From Alkanindiges illinoisensis DSM 15370 (GTDB lineage Bacteria; Pseudomonadota; Gammaproteobacteria; Pseudomonadales; Moraxellaceae): a stretch of 32,000 nt of DNA. The notes beneath the pieces are model-generated. The model did no database searches and was not told where the DNA came from. It saw only the letters and a program-made list of their open reading frames with translations. This document shows, in pieces, positions 1-8,802 of the stretch; position 1 is the first letter of the stretch; every line of letters begins with the position of its first letter. The stretch is taken from positions 262,979-294,978 of the forward strand of contig NZ_KK211037.1 in assembly GCF_000619845.1 (NCBI RefSeq), read 5' to 3'. Both the position numbers and the translations under genes were made by a program.

Positions 1-96
1 GATGCTGATGCGGATGCGGATGCTGATGCTGATGCTGATGCTGATGCGGATGCCGATGCCGATGCCGATGCTGATGCTGATGCTGATGCTGATGCT
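1..96 (+). repeat. (GATGCN)16 hexanucleotide tandem repeat, in frame, encoding (Asp-Ala)16; continues off the left edge
   Basis: Read directly: 16 consecutive GATGCN units with third positions t,g,g,t,t,t,t,g,c,c,c,t,t,t,t,t, followed by GAC TTG. Confidence 0.95.
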
Positions 97-3000
97 GACT
101 TGATTGATGAACTTACTATTGTGGCGGATGCCAATGTTGACGGTATTATTAATGCGTCTGAACTTGGTGCTGACCGTACAGTGGCAGTGCAGGTTGGGTT
201 AGGTGCAGATGCTCAGGTAGGAAATATAATCACCGTTAATGGTGCTTATTACACTGTGAATGCAGATGATCTGGTCAATGGATTTATTACTGCTGAACTA
301 ACAGCGCCTACCGATGGTGAGCTGGAAATTAATGTAACTGCCTCTAATGGCAATGGCGCAACAGACAGCCTAACTGGTTCAGTGACTGTAGATACAGTGG
401 CAAATGTTGTTGGTGCCATCACAGTCCTGGCCGATGACAACGCCGATGGAATCCTCAACGCTGCTGAAATTGGCCTGGATGGACTGGCTGAAGTACAAGT
501 AGCGCTAGGTGCAGATGCGGAGGCGGGTGGCGTCATTACGGTGAATGGACAGGATTACACCATTAGTGCAGATGATATGACCAATGGTTTTATCAATGTA
601 GAAGTGGCTGCTGCTACCGATGGCGATTTGGCTATTAACGTCAGTGCAACTGATGCAGACGGTAATACTAATACCGCGGATACCACAGTGACCGTAGACA
701 CTACACCAAGCGACATTATTGGTAATATCAGTATTACAGGTGATATAGATGACAATAATGTGATTAGTGCCAATGAAATTGATGCACAAGGCAATATCGA
801 AGTAGAGATTGGCTTGGGTGCTGAAACTGAAGCGGGTGACATCATTAATGTGAATGGCACTGATTATGTGGTTGATGCTGATGATCTGACAGCAGGCAGT
901 ATTACTGCCGATGTCGCTGTTGATGCAGATGGCACGCTGGCCATTGATGTGACAGCCACAGATGGTGAAGGTAATACCAGCACTTCCACCAGCAGTATTG
1001 TTGTGGATACCACGCCACGTGACCTGTTGAATGGTATAAGTGTAGTGGCTGACATCAATACGGATGCCCTGTTAAATGCCACTGAAATTGGTGATGATGG
1101 CTTGATTGATGTTCAGGTTGGACTGGGCACAGAAGCAGCAAAAGGTACTGTGATTACTGTCAATGGTACTGATTATAACGTTGATGCCGATGACCTAACC
1201 AACGGCTATATTGTTGCTAGCGTTGATGCCGGTACGCAGGGTGACCTGACGATTGATGTTAGCGCAATTGATACGGAAGGCAATACCGCAATTGATACTG
1301 TTACCCTTACCGTGGATACCACACCCCGAAACATTGTAGGTGAGCTTAGCGTTATAGCGGATATCAATGCCGATAATCTGCTGAATGCCGGTGAAATTGG
1401 TGATGACGGTCTGGTGAATGTACGCGTTAACCTTGGGCCGGACGCTGCCATTGGTAATACCATTACGGTTAATGGTATCGATTACACGATTGATGCCGAT
1501 GATCTGGATAATGGTTTCATTACTGCTGCAGTGGATGCAACCACTGAAGGTGATCTTGAAATTACTGCCAGTATTACTGATGCTGAAGGCAACATTGATA
1601 CAGGCAGTACCACAGTGACAGTAGACACTGTGGTCGATGACCTGTTGGGCGATGTCAGTATCATCGCTGATATAAATGGTGATGGTGTCATTAATGCTGA
1701 TGAAGCGGGCAGCGGTTCAATTGCCGTACAGGTTGGCCTAGGGGAGGATGCGATTGCTGGTACAGTCGTGAGCGTTAATGGCACAGACTACACCGTCAAT
1801 GCAACTGACCTGACCAACGGTTATATTGTTGCCGAGGTTGATGCCAGCGAACAAGGTCCACTGGATATCAATATTGCAGCAACTGATACCGATGGCAATG
1901 TAGCCACTGATGCCACTGCCGTGGTTGTGGACACTGTCTTGCCACAAGTCCCTGCATTAACACTTGCAGGCCTGATCGACAGTGGAATCTTGGGTGATAA
2001 TATCACCAATGATAATACATTTACGCTGGCACTCAGTGCTGACCCTGAAGATGGGGCAACCGTTACCTATCAAGTTTCAACTGATGGAGGAGTTAGCTGG
2101 ACAGATACCGATACAGCACAAACTGGATTGGTGGATGGTAATTACCAGTTCCGTGCAGTGGTTACTGATGAAGCTGGTAATGTGGCCACCGGTGCAGCAG
2201 TAAGTGTTGGTATTGATACCATATTACCGGAAATTCCAGGCGCACTGGCCTTTAGCGCGGATAACAGTGTACTGCTGGGTGAAGGCGAAGCAGGAACAAC
2301 GCTACAGGTTCGGGATGCCGATACCAACGAACTGATGGCAACCACTACAGTGAATGAAAATGGCCAGTATGCCGCAGTTTATACTGCCGGGTTTGCAGGG
2401 CGTAGCCTGAGACTGGTTGCTATTGATGCAGCAGGTAATAGTTCAGATACCGGAAATACCGATCCGGTTGAAGGCACTAATGGACTGGTGACTGTGGTGC
2501 AAAATGCAGTGGCTAACCTGAGTGATGATTCTGGTATTGTACCAACCTCAACACTGGTCAACAATCTGGCAGATCCAAGCACTGGCACATTAAGTGGCCT
2601 GACCGGCATTGTGGAGCAGCTCACTGACACAGACCAGCCAGTACTGGGTTCCATTACCGAGCTGGTAGATACGCTAACCGCAGCCAACACCGGTGGTGAT
2701 GAAAATCTGGGTGCGCTGATTAACACCCTGAATGCCGTGGCTGGCTTCCTGGGAAGCAGTGATCCTGATGCGATTGCAGCCGCTACAGAAAACCTTGACA
2801 TCCTGCTGGGTGCAGGCGATGGCACCACGGTGATATCAGATGTCCTTAATGATACAGTGGCTGGTGGTAACCAGATTGTCTCTGACTTGCTGGGTGGTTC
2901 CATTGGCATCAATATTGATGCAGGTGGTCTGGATGAACTGGTCAATACAGCGGGGCTAGGCGATGTGGTGAATGGCCTTACAGGCGTACTAAACCCGATA

Positions 3001-4071
3001 TTAACTGGTTTGAGCATTCCACTACAGCTACTGGGCATTAACCTGAATCTGGCCGATATTACCAATGGTCTGGTGACTGCAGTAGACAACCTGCTTTCTG
3101 GTGAAGAGGTGATTCAAAACGGAGTGGCTCAGGCAACAGGCGTGCTGGATGACGTTGCTGCGGGCTTGCTGAGTGATGGTGCCCTGCTGGATGAGCTAAT
3201 CGATGTACTGGGCCTTGATGGCCTGGGTGGTGTGGTCAATACGCTCGTTGGCAGTGTACTCAGCCCAATTGTTAATAGCGTGGTTGATCTGGCCAATGGT
3301 GATGGTATCCTGTTGCCACCAAACCCCGGTCCTGGCAATTCGACTACCTTGCTGGATGAGTTGTCCACCATTGTGAATGACCTGACTGGCGGTGATGACA
3401 CCAATCTGATTCCTGTGAGCAATCTGCTGGATAATGTCATTCGCAATGATGATTTTGTGATTGGCGATATTGTCAACTCACTTAACGACCTGACCAATAC
3501 TGATGATGGTGCGCTGGGTGTGCTGACCCAGCTAATTCAAGACCTGTATAACAGTGATGTTACAGGACTTGAAGACCTGACACAGGGTCTGGGCGGCCTG
3601 CTGAATGGCTTACTGGATCAGACTGTAGAGCCACTAATTGATGGTGTCTTTGGCAGCATGCAGCCGCTACCTGATACGGCTGGTGATGACATTCTGGTGA
3701 GTGGTTTAACCAACGAAACCTTTGTGGGTGGCGATGGTTCGGATAGCCTCATCTATATGCTACTGAGTGACAGCGATAATGCAGGTGGCAATGGTAGCGA
3801 TACCTGGCGCGATTTCCATGTCGGAAATACGGCCACTGACAGTCAGGCAGACCAGATTGATATTGGCGAGCTATTGGTGGATTACAATGGTGATGGCTCG
3901 GCAGCTTCGCTGGATGCCTATATCACTGTGACACAAAATGGTGCCAATACCGTACTGAGCATTGATCGCGATGGTGATGGCGGTGTGCATGCCAGTACAG
4001 ATTTGCTCACCTTAACCAATGTGAATGTTGATCTGGATACGCTGCTGGCCAACCAGCAAATTTTAATCTAG
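1..4071 (+). CDS. Giant repeat adhesin, C-terminal portion (type I secretion substrate, BapA/LapA-like); 5' end outside window
   Basis: Frame 1 has no stop from base 1 to the TTG at 100 used by the ORF track, so the CDS is 5'-truncated. It contains (Asp-Ala)16, then six ~102-aa tandem domains with a recurring ..VNG.DY.V.ADDL.NG....ATD.EGN...V.VDT pattern. Two Ig-like domains follow (DSGILGDNITNDNTFTL.., GEGEAGTTLQVRDADTNE..). The C-terminus reads GGDGSDSLIY..GGNGSDTWRDF..ADQIDIGELL..NTVLSIDRDGDG..LLANQQILI, resembling the VC_A0849-subclass type I secretion C-terminal target domain. The protein is very acidic and I see no Cys. Confidence 0.85.
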   Translation, partial: DADADADADADADADADADADADADADADADADLIDELTIVADANVDGIINASELGADRTVAVQVGLGADAQVGNIITVNGAYYTVNADDLVNGFITAELTAPTDGELEINVTASNGNGATDSLTGSVTVDTVANVVGAITVLADDNADGILNAAEIGLDGLAEVQVALGADAEAGGVITVNGQDYTISADDMTNGFINVEVAAATDGDLAINVSATDADGNTNTADTTVTVDTTPSDIIGNISITGDIDDNNVISANEIDAQGNIEVEIGLGAETEAGDIINVNGTDYVVDADDLTAGSITADVAVDADGTLAIDVTATDGEGNTSTSTSSIVVDTTPRDLLNGISVVADINTDALLNATEIGDDGLIDVQVGLGTEAAKGTVITVNGTDYNVDADDLTNGYIVASVDAGTQGDLTIDVSAIDTEGNTAIDTVTLTVDTTPRNIVGELSVIADINADNLLNAGEIGDDGLVNVRVNLGPDAAIGNTITVNGIDYTIDADDLDNGFITAAVDATTEGDLEITASITDAEGNIDTGSTTVTVDTVVDDLLGDVSIIADINGDGVINADEAGSGSIAVQVGLGEDAIAGTVVSVNGTDYTVNATDLTNGYIVAEVDASEQGPLDINIAATDTDGNVATDATAVVVDTVLPQVPALTLAGLIDSGILGDNITNDNTFTLALSADPEDGATVTYQVSTDGGVSWTDTDTAQTGLVDGNYQFRAVVTDEAGNVATGAAVSVGIDTILPEIPGALAFSADNSVLLGEGEAGTTLQVRDADTNELMATTTVNENGQYAAVYTAGFAGRSLRLVAIDAAGNSSDTGNTDPVEGTNGLVTVVQNAVANLSDDSGIVPTSTLVNNLADPSTGTLSGLTGIVEQLTDTDQPVLGSITELVDTLTAANTGGDENLGALINTLNAVAGFLGSSDPDAIAAATENLDILLGAGDGTTVISDVLNDTVAGGNQIVSDLLGGSIGINIDAGGLDELVNTAGLGDVVNGLTGVLNPILTGLSIPLQLLGINLNLADITNGLVTAVDNLLSGEEVIQNGVAQATGVLDDVAAGLLSDGALLDELIDVLGLDGLGGVVNTLVGSVLSPIVNSVVDLANGDGILLPPNPGPGNSTTLLDELSTIVNDLTGGDDTNLIPVSNLLDNVIRNDDFVIGDIVNSLNDLTNTDDGALGVLTQLIQDLYNSDVTGLEDLTQGLGGLLNGLLDQTVEPLIDGVFGSMQPLPDTAGDDILVSGLTNETFVGGDGSDSLIYMLLSDSDNAGGNGSDTWRDFHVGNTATDSQADQIDIGELLVDYNGDGSAASLDAYITVTQNGANTVLSIDRDGDGGVHASTDLLTLTNVNVDLDTLLANQQILI
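100..1935 (+). repeat. Six tandem ~306-nt coding repeats (102-aa adhesin domains)
   Basis: Protein-level periodicity: units begin near 100, 406, 712, 1018, 1324 and 1630. Each has D.N.DG.(I/L)NA.E(I/A)G......V.V.LG....G..I.VNG.DY......L.NG.I........G.L.I...A.D..GN........V.VDT. The DNA copies are diverged, not identical. Confidence 0.9.
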
Positions 4072-4093
4072 CACTGGCCTGGTAAAAGCCAAT

Positions 4094-4125
4094 AAAAAAG
4101 AGGACTGTCATAGTCCTCTTTTTTG
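4094..4125. terminator. Bidirectional intrinsic terminator between convergent adhesin gene and ptsP
   Basis: AAAAAGAGGACT-gtcat-AGTCCTCTTTTT is a perfect stem flanked by an A-run on one side and a T-run on the other. Confidence 0.8.
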
Positions 4126-4179
4126 ATTTATTTTTTAAAATAAAAGCATCTAAATAAAAGAAATTAAGCTAAAAAAGTC

Positions 4180-6477
4180 TTAGCCAGTAGGGAGCGCTAG
4201 GCTGGATTTCACCATGTCGCCCAAACCTTGTTTAATCAGGTAATGCTCCAGCCAGCTTTTAATCACTGGCGCGCTGTCCATCTTAAGCACTTCGTGCAAT
4301 AAACTCTTGGCATCGGCGAGCGGCACATGGCTTAAGGTCTTGCGAATGCGCAAAATATTGCTTGAGCTCATCGATAGCACATTAAAGCCCATGGCCATCA
4401 TCAAAATGGCTGTGGTGGGTTCACCGGCCATTTCACCACAAATACTAATTGGCTTGTTTAAGTGATGCGCCTCACGCACCAGAAAATTCAGTGCCCGCAG
4501 CACGGCTGGATGATAGCTGGAGTACAGCCCGGCCACGCGTGGATTATTGCGGTCAACGGCCAGTAAATACTGGGTAAGGTCGTTGGAACCCACTGAGAAA
4601 AAGTCGACCAGTTCTGCCAGATCACGCATTTGCAGCAGAATACTGGGCACTTCAATCATCACGCCCACCTTGGGCACGGCGATTTTAACCTGTTCTTCTT
4701 CCTGTACCTCAGCCAGCGAGCGATACAGCAGATACAGTGCTTCTTCAACTTCAGTGACGCTGGTCACCATGGGCAGCAAAATATGCAGATTATTCAGACC
4801 TATACTGGCTTTTAGCATCGCCCGAATCTGTGAAGAAAAAATCTCTGGATGATCCAGGGTAAAGCGAATGCCACGCCAGCCCAGCGCCGAGTTTTCTTCC
4901 TTAATACTAAAATAGGGAAGGTCTTTGTCAGCACCAATATCCAGCGTGCGCATCACCACCGGTTTATTGGCAAAATGGCTCAGTTGCTGACGATAAATAA
5001 TGCGCTGTTCTTCTTCACCGGGAAAACGCTCACGCAGCATAAACGGAATTTCACTGCGGTACAGGCCAACGCCCTGCGCCCCACGTTGCACACCGCGCAC
5101 CACATCAATCATCAGGCCGGTATTGACATACAGGGTTACCGGATGGCCATCGGGTGTAATGGTTTCGCGGTTTTCATAACTTTTTAAATCTTTGGCGGCC
5201 TGTTGTTCTTCTTTTTGAATTTCCTTGTAACGCTGGCGCAGGCGACGAATCGGATGCACAAAAATGCGGCCCTGATGCGCATCGACAATCATTTCAGCAT
5301 CATCCAGCGCGGTGACCGGCAGTTCAGTCACGCCCACCACCGTCGGAATCCCCAGCGCACGGGCTACAATCACCATGTGCGAGTTGGCAGCGCCTTCGGT
5401 GGTCACAATAGCAGCAATATGATTCAGTGGCATTTCTACCAGCGCTGCCGTTGTAATTTCCTCGCCAATTAAAATGCTGTCTTCATTAAATTCGCGGTGC
5501 TGGTCATCGGCAGTTTGCAGGCGTGCCAGAATGCGGCGGCCCAGATCGCGAATGTCAGACACCCGTTCGCGCAGGTATTCATCTTCCATCTGGGCAAAGT
5601 GAGCAGTATGGCTTTCAATCACCTTGCGCACTGCACCCTGCGCCCAGTTACCGCCACGAATCAAGGCATTGATTTCTGCGGGCAGGGCATTGTCATCCAG
5701 CATGCGCAAATACACGCTAAACAAGGCCCGCTCTTCTGCCATCAGCGATTCCTGCATCTTGGCATCCAGCTCGCGGATATCCTGCCGTACAGCAATAATC
5801 GCCTGCTTAACCAGTTCGAGCTCTTCGGTAATGTCGTCAGCCTGACGATCCGGCACGGCATCAAGATCAGCCGGTGGATAAAATACCACGGCACGGCCAA
5901 TGGCAACGCCGCCCGCACCGGGCACGCCCTGAAACGTTTTTGAGGACTTGGCCAAACTGGGCTTACGGAATACATCAACCTGACCCACTGCATGCGCATG
6001 CGCAATGGCACCGGACAACTGTGCGCACAGCGTGACCAGAAAGGATTCAGCCGCTTCGGTATAAGCACGGCGTTCACGGTTTTGCACCACCATCACACCC
6101 ATCACCTTGCGGCGGTACATGATGGGCACGCCCAGAAACGACTTATAGAGTTCTTCACCGGTTTCGGGCAGGTAGCGAAAGCGCGGATGGCTGGCCGCAT
6201 CCTCAAGGTTGACGATTTCCTCACGCTGGCCGACCAGACCCACTAGGCCTTCACCGGTTGCCAGTGACACCACGCCTACCGATTCAATATTCAGGCCCTT
6301 GGACGCCATCAGCACGTAACGCTGATTGCGCTCATCCAGCAGGTACACCGAGCAGACTTCCGAACCCATGGCCTCGGCCACCTGTTCCACCATTACTTCC
6401 AGTGCTTCATGCAGGCTGGCAGCCGCATCGACCTCCTGGACGATACGCCTTAATGTTTCCAGCTGCATTGCCGACAT
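4180..6477 (-). CDS. ptsP: Phosphoenolpyruvate-protein phosphotransferase PtsP (EI-Ntr, GAF domain + enzyme I)
   Basis: 765 aa. The N-terminal GAF-like region (..MGSEVCSVYLLDERNQRYVLMASKGLN..) is followed by enzyme I motifs: the phospho-His region EGAANSHMVIVARALGIPTVVG, then GSNDLTQYLLAVDR and ICGEMAG. It sits downstream of rppH, as in Pseudomonadales. Confidence 0.95.
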   Translation of the reverse strand: MSAMQLETLRRIVQEVDAAASLHEALEVMVEQVAEAMGSEVCSVYLLDERNQRYVLMASKGLNIESVGVVSLATGEGLVGLVGQREEIVNLEDAASHPRFRYLPETGEELYKSFLGVPIMYRRKVMGVMVVQNRERRAYTEAAESFLVTLCAQLSGAIAHAHAVGQVDVFRKPSLAKSSKTFQGVPGAGGVAIGRAVVFYPPADLDAVPDRQADDITEELELVKQAIIAVRQDIRELDAKMQESLMAEERALFSVYLRMLDDNALPAEINALIRGGNWAQGAVRKVIESHTAHFAQMEDEYLRERVSDIRDLGRRILARLQTADDQHREFNEDSILIGEEITTAALVEMPLNHIAAIVTTEGAANSHMVIVARALGIPTVVGVTELPVTALDDAEMIVDAHQGRIFVHPIRRLRQRYKEIQKEEQQAAKDLKSYENRETITPDGHPVTLYVNTGLMIDVVRGVQRGAQGVGLYRSEIPFMLRERFPGEEEQRIIYRQQLSHFANKPVVMRTLDIGADKDLPYFSIKEENSALGWRGIRFTLDHPEIFSSQIRAMLKASIGLNNLHILLPMVTSVTEVEEALYLLYRSLAEVQEEEQVKIAVPKVGVMIEVPSILLQMRDLAELVDFFSVGSNDLTQYLLAVDRNNPRVAGLYSSYHPAVLRALNFLVREAHHLNKPISICGEMAGEPTTAILMMAMGFNVLSMSSSNILRIRKTLSHVPLADAKSLLHEVLKMDSAPVIKSWLEHYLIKQGLGDMVKSSLALPTG

Positions 6478-6567
6478 GCTTATTCTCCGTATTTGCGCAC
6501 TGGCTTGTTAGTACTATATCTTAATGATAAACAATTTGAATGATTAAACAGATTTAAAGGTTACCTG

Positions 6568-6603
6568 TTTTAAAAAGCAGGAGCTATTTTAAAGCTCCTT
6601 GCT
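6568..6603 (-). terminator. Terminator-like hairpin overlapping the rppH stop codon, upstream of ptsP
   Basis: On the minus strand: AGCAAGGAGCT-ttaaaat-AGCTCCTGCT followed by TTTTTAAAA. The rppH TAA (6589-6591) lies in the loop. The stem has one bulged base. Confidence 0.55.
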
Positions 6604-7095
6604 TCTCAATGGATTAAGGGCTTTTCCCGGCAGGCGACGGCACAGTTCAATCATGGCCTTGCGATACACATCACGCTTAAAGGCAACCACCTGCGTGAGC
6701 GGATACCAGTAACTCACCCACGTCCACTGGTCAAACTCTGCCGGGGCACAGGCATCCAGCCGGATCAGTTGCTGCGAGGCCTTAAGCTGCAACAAAAACC
6801 ACTTTTGTTTTTGGCCAATACAGACAGGATTGCTGTCCTGCCGGACATAGCGATGTGGCAAACGATAGCGCAACCAACCCCGGGTTTGCGCCAGTATTTG
6901 GACATGATCGGGAAGTAGTCCGACTTCTTCCCAAAGCTCACGATAAACGGCCTGTTCGGGTGTTTCACCGAACTGAATGCCACCCTGAGGGAACTGCCAT
7001 GCATTGTGGCCAATTCGCTTGGCCCACAACACCTGTCCATCTTCGTTTGCCAATATGATCCCGACATTGGGCCGGAAACCTTCGGAGTCGATCAT
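6589..7095 (-). CDS. rppH: RNA pyrophosphohydrolase RppH (NudH, Nudix hydrolase)
   Basis: 168 aa. N-terminus [15 protein letters not shown].. and Nudix box [23 protein letters not shown]. It lies immediately upstream of ptsP. Confidence 0.93.
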   Translation of the reverse strand: MIDSEGFRPNVGIILANEDGQVLWAKRIGHNAWQFPQGGIQFGETPEQAVYRELWEEVGLLPDHVQILAQTRGWLRYRLPHRYVRQDSNPVCIGQKQKWFLLQLKASQQLIRLDACAPAEFDQWTWVSYWYPLTQVVAFKRDVYRKAMIELCRRLPGKALNPLRSKEL

Positions 7096-7282
7096 TTGGC
7101 GTACCTTAATTTTGTTAAATGCATTTCCTTGATTTTTGGGATTTGGCCTTCACACAAATCATCACATGAGAAATCAAAGAATAAGCAATGAAATTTGCTA
7201 TGATCTTACCGAATTTCTGGCCTATAGCGGTGAGAGATTTACATTTTTTTGTGAGCAAATTATCAAAAGTAGGGGTTGGGGG

Positions 7283-7939
7283 ATGAAGCTGGCGTTATTT
7301 GATCTGGATCATACATTGCTGAACATTGATTCGGATCATGCATGGGGCGAATTTCTGATTCATAAGCAACTGGTGGATGAAGCCCGGCACCGTGCCCGTA
7401 ATGATCAGTTTTATCAGGATTATCAGGCTGGTACGCTGGATGCGGTGGCCTACAATGAGTTTGTATTTGAATTTTTAAGCCGCCATGACATGGATTATTT
7501 AAAAACCATTCATGCTGAATTTATGCAGCAGGTTATTTTGCCAGCCATGCGACCCAAGGGAATGGCTGCCATTTTGCAGCATCAGCAGGCGGGACATCAG
7601 ATTGTGATTATTACGGCCACCAATAGCTTTGTGACACGCCCGATTGCTGATGCGTTTGGCGTGGCTGATCTAATTGCCAGCCAGCCCGAAATTTGTGATG
7701 AGCGCTATACCGGACGCTTGCAGGGCGAACCCTGTTTTCAAGCCGGCAAGCTGCATCACTTGAAGCAGTGGCTGGCAGAACGTGGTGCAGAAATTGAAGA
7801 AAGCTGGGGCTATTCTGATTCGTTTAACGATCGCTTCCTGCTGGAATTTGTGGATCATCCCGTGGCGGTAAATCCCGATACCCGCTTGCATGCCCATGCC
7901 TTGGCGCATGTCTGGCCAGTGGAAGACTGGTCAATTTAG
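7283..7939 (+). CDS. HAD-superfamily hydrolase, subfamily IB (SerB-like phosphatase family)
   Basis: HAD motifs are LFDLDHTL (DxDxT), IITATN, and K..SDSFND. I place the start at ATG 7283 (MKLALFDLDHTLL) rather than the ORF-track start at 7136, because motif I normally lies within the first ~10 residues. The start is not certain. Confidence 0.8.
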   Translation: MKLALFDLDHTLLNIDSDHAWGEFLIHKQLVDEARHRARNDQFYQDYQAGTLDAVAYNEFVFEFLSRHDMDYLKTIHAEFMQQVILPAMRPKGMAAILQHQQAGHQIVIITATNSFVTRPIADAFGVADLIASQPEICDERYTGRLQGEPCFQAGKLHHLKQWLAERGAEIEESWGYSDSFNDRFLLEFVDHPVAVNPDTRLHAHALAHVWPVEDWSI

Positions 7940-8802
7940 GGTGTGGCCTGACACAGCGTAATCAATGCCATGGCTGCCCGTGATTGCGTACGTGCCGGAT
8001 GACTTACCATGCCCAGCTCACGGCTTAAGGCCAGCGGTAAATCCAGCGCCACCAGCTCGTGATTAATCAGGGTACTGGGCAATACCGACCAGCCGAGGCC
8101 AATTGACACCAGCATCCGAATAGACTCCAGCGGATTGGTGCTCATGTTGGCCTGTGGTTTTAGCCCCAATTGTTCGAACGCCTGCAAGGTAATCTGGCTG
8201 GTATAGGTGTGCGCTGCGGGCAGCAGGCAGGGATAATTTACCAAATCTTCCAGCGTCAGGTTTTGCTGCTGCGCCAAGCCGTGAAATGGGGCTACCACAA
8301 ATTGCAGCGCATCCTGCCATAGCGGCTGGTAATTTAGCCGTGCATCAAACTGCGGTGGCAGGGTTAAAAACGCCAGCTCCAGTTCGCCACTGAGTACCGC
8401 CTGATGTGCCTGTTCGGAATCCACAAAATGCACATCCAGTTGCACTTCCGGATATTGCTGCACATATTGCTTTAAAATGGATGGCAAGTGATGCAGGCCA
8501 ATATGGTGGCTGGTGCCAATACGCAAAATACCGCCAATCCGGTTTTGTGCATGGCTTAAGGCGTGTTTGATGTCTTCATATTCCAACAGCCAGTGCTTCA
8601 CGCGTGGTAACAGCTCATACGCGGCCTGTGTCGGCTGGATACCGCGTCCAGCTGGCTCAAACAGGCGTACGCCCAGTTCTTCTTCCAGACTTTTCAAGCG
8701 CTTGGTAATGGCAGGTTGGGTGAGAAACAGCTTTTCGGCAGCTAAGGATACCGAGCCAGTTTGCATCACCGCCAGAAAAGCATCAAAGTTGGACAGGTTC
8801 AT
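7936..8802 (-). CDS. LysR-family transcriptional regulator, divergent from leuC
   Basis: 288 aa. N-terminal winged-HTH LAAEKLFLTQPAITKRLKSLEEELGVRLFEP, followed by a LysR substrate-binding-type C-terminal region. Confidence 0.9.
   Translation of the reverse strand: MNLSNFDAFLAVMQTGSVSLAAEKLFLTQPAITKRLKSLEEELGVRLFEPAGRGIQPTQAAYELLPRVKHWLLEYEDIKHALSHAQNRIGGILRIGTSHHIGLHHLPSILKQYVQQYPEVQLDVHFVDSEQAHQAVLSGELELAFLTLPPQFDARLNYQPLWQDALQFVVAPFHGLAQQQNLTLEDLVNYPCLLPAAHTYTSQITLQAFEQLGLKPQANMSTNPLESIRMLVSIGLGWSVLPSTLINHELVALDLPLALSRELGMVSHPARTQSRAAMALITLCQATP

Noticed and set aside
100-102. TTG at 100 as the adhesin start codon (ORF-track start)
   Set aside because: The same frame is open and repeat-encoding all the way to base 1. 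There is no SD upstream, and a T1SS adhesin of this type would be far longer. The CDS is truncated by the window.
100-1935. Tandem repeats as a possible CRISPR or non-coding satellite array
   Set aside because: The period is ~306 nt, the copies are diverged, there is no short-repeat/unique-spacer structure, and everything is in one long open reading frame with a conserved protein motif.
249-3497. Many minus-strand ORFs (62-236 aa) and short plus-strand ORFs overlapping the adhesin gene
   Set aside because: They are low-complexity Ser/Thr/Pro/Ala-rich translations of the reverse or shifted frames of a GAT/GGT/ACN-rich repeat gene. They repeat with the same ~306-nt period as the sense repeats and have no ribosome-binding sites or recognisable motifs. 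They are compositional artefacts.
4547-6524. Plus-strand ORFs of 61-148 aa antisense to ptsP
   Set aside because: They lie wholly inside a confidently identified gene and have odd composition rich in His, Arg, Cys and Gln, with no motifs. These are typical antisense open frames.
7136-7282. N-terminal extensions offered by the ORF track for the HAD hydrolase; similar cases are 13501-13611 for DJ-1/PfpI, 30121-30162 for PilW and 29101-29121 for FimU
   Set aside because: The extensions start at non-ATG or poorly placed codons and would bury family motifs that normally sit at the extreme N-terminus (DxDxT, the prepilin leader). Internal ATGs with SD-like sequences fit better.
7936-7939. Convergent HAD and LysR genes overlap at their stop codons (TTTAG read on both strands)
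   Set aside because: The overlap is real but ordinary gene packing. It means only that no terminator separates the two genes. No further significance could be supported.
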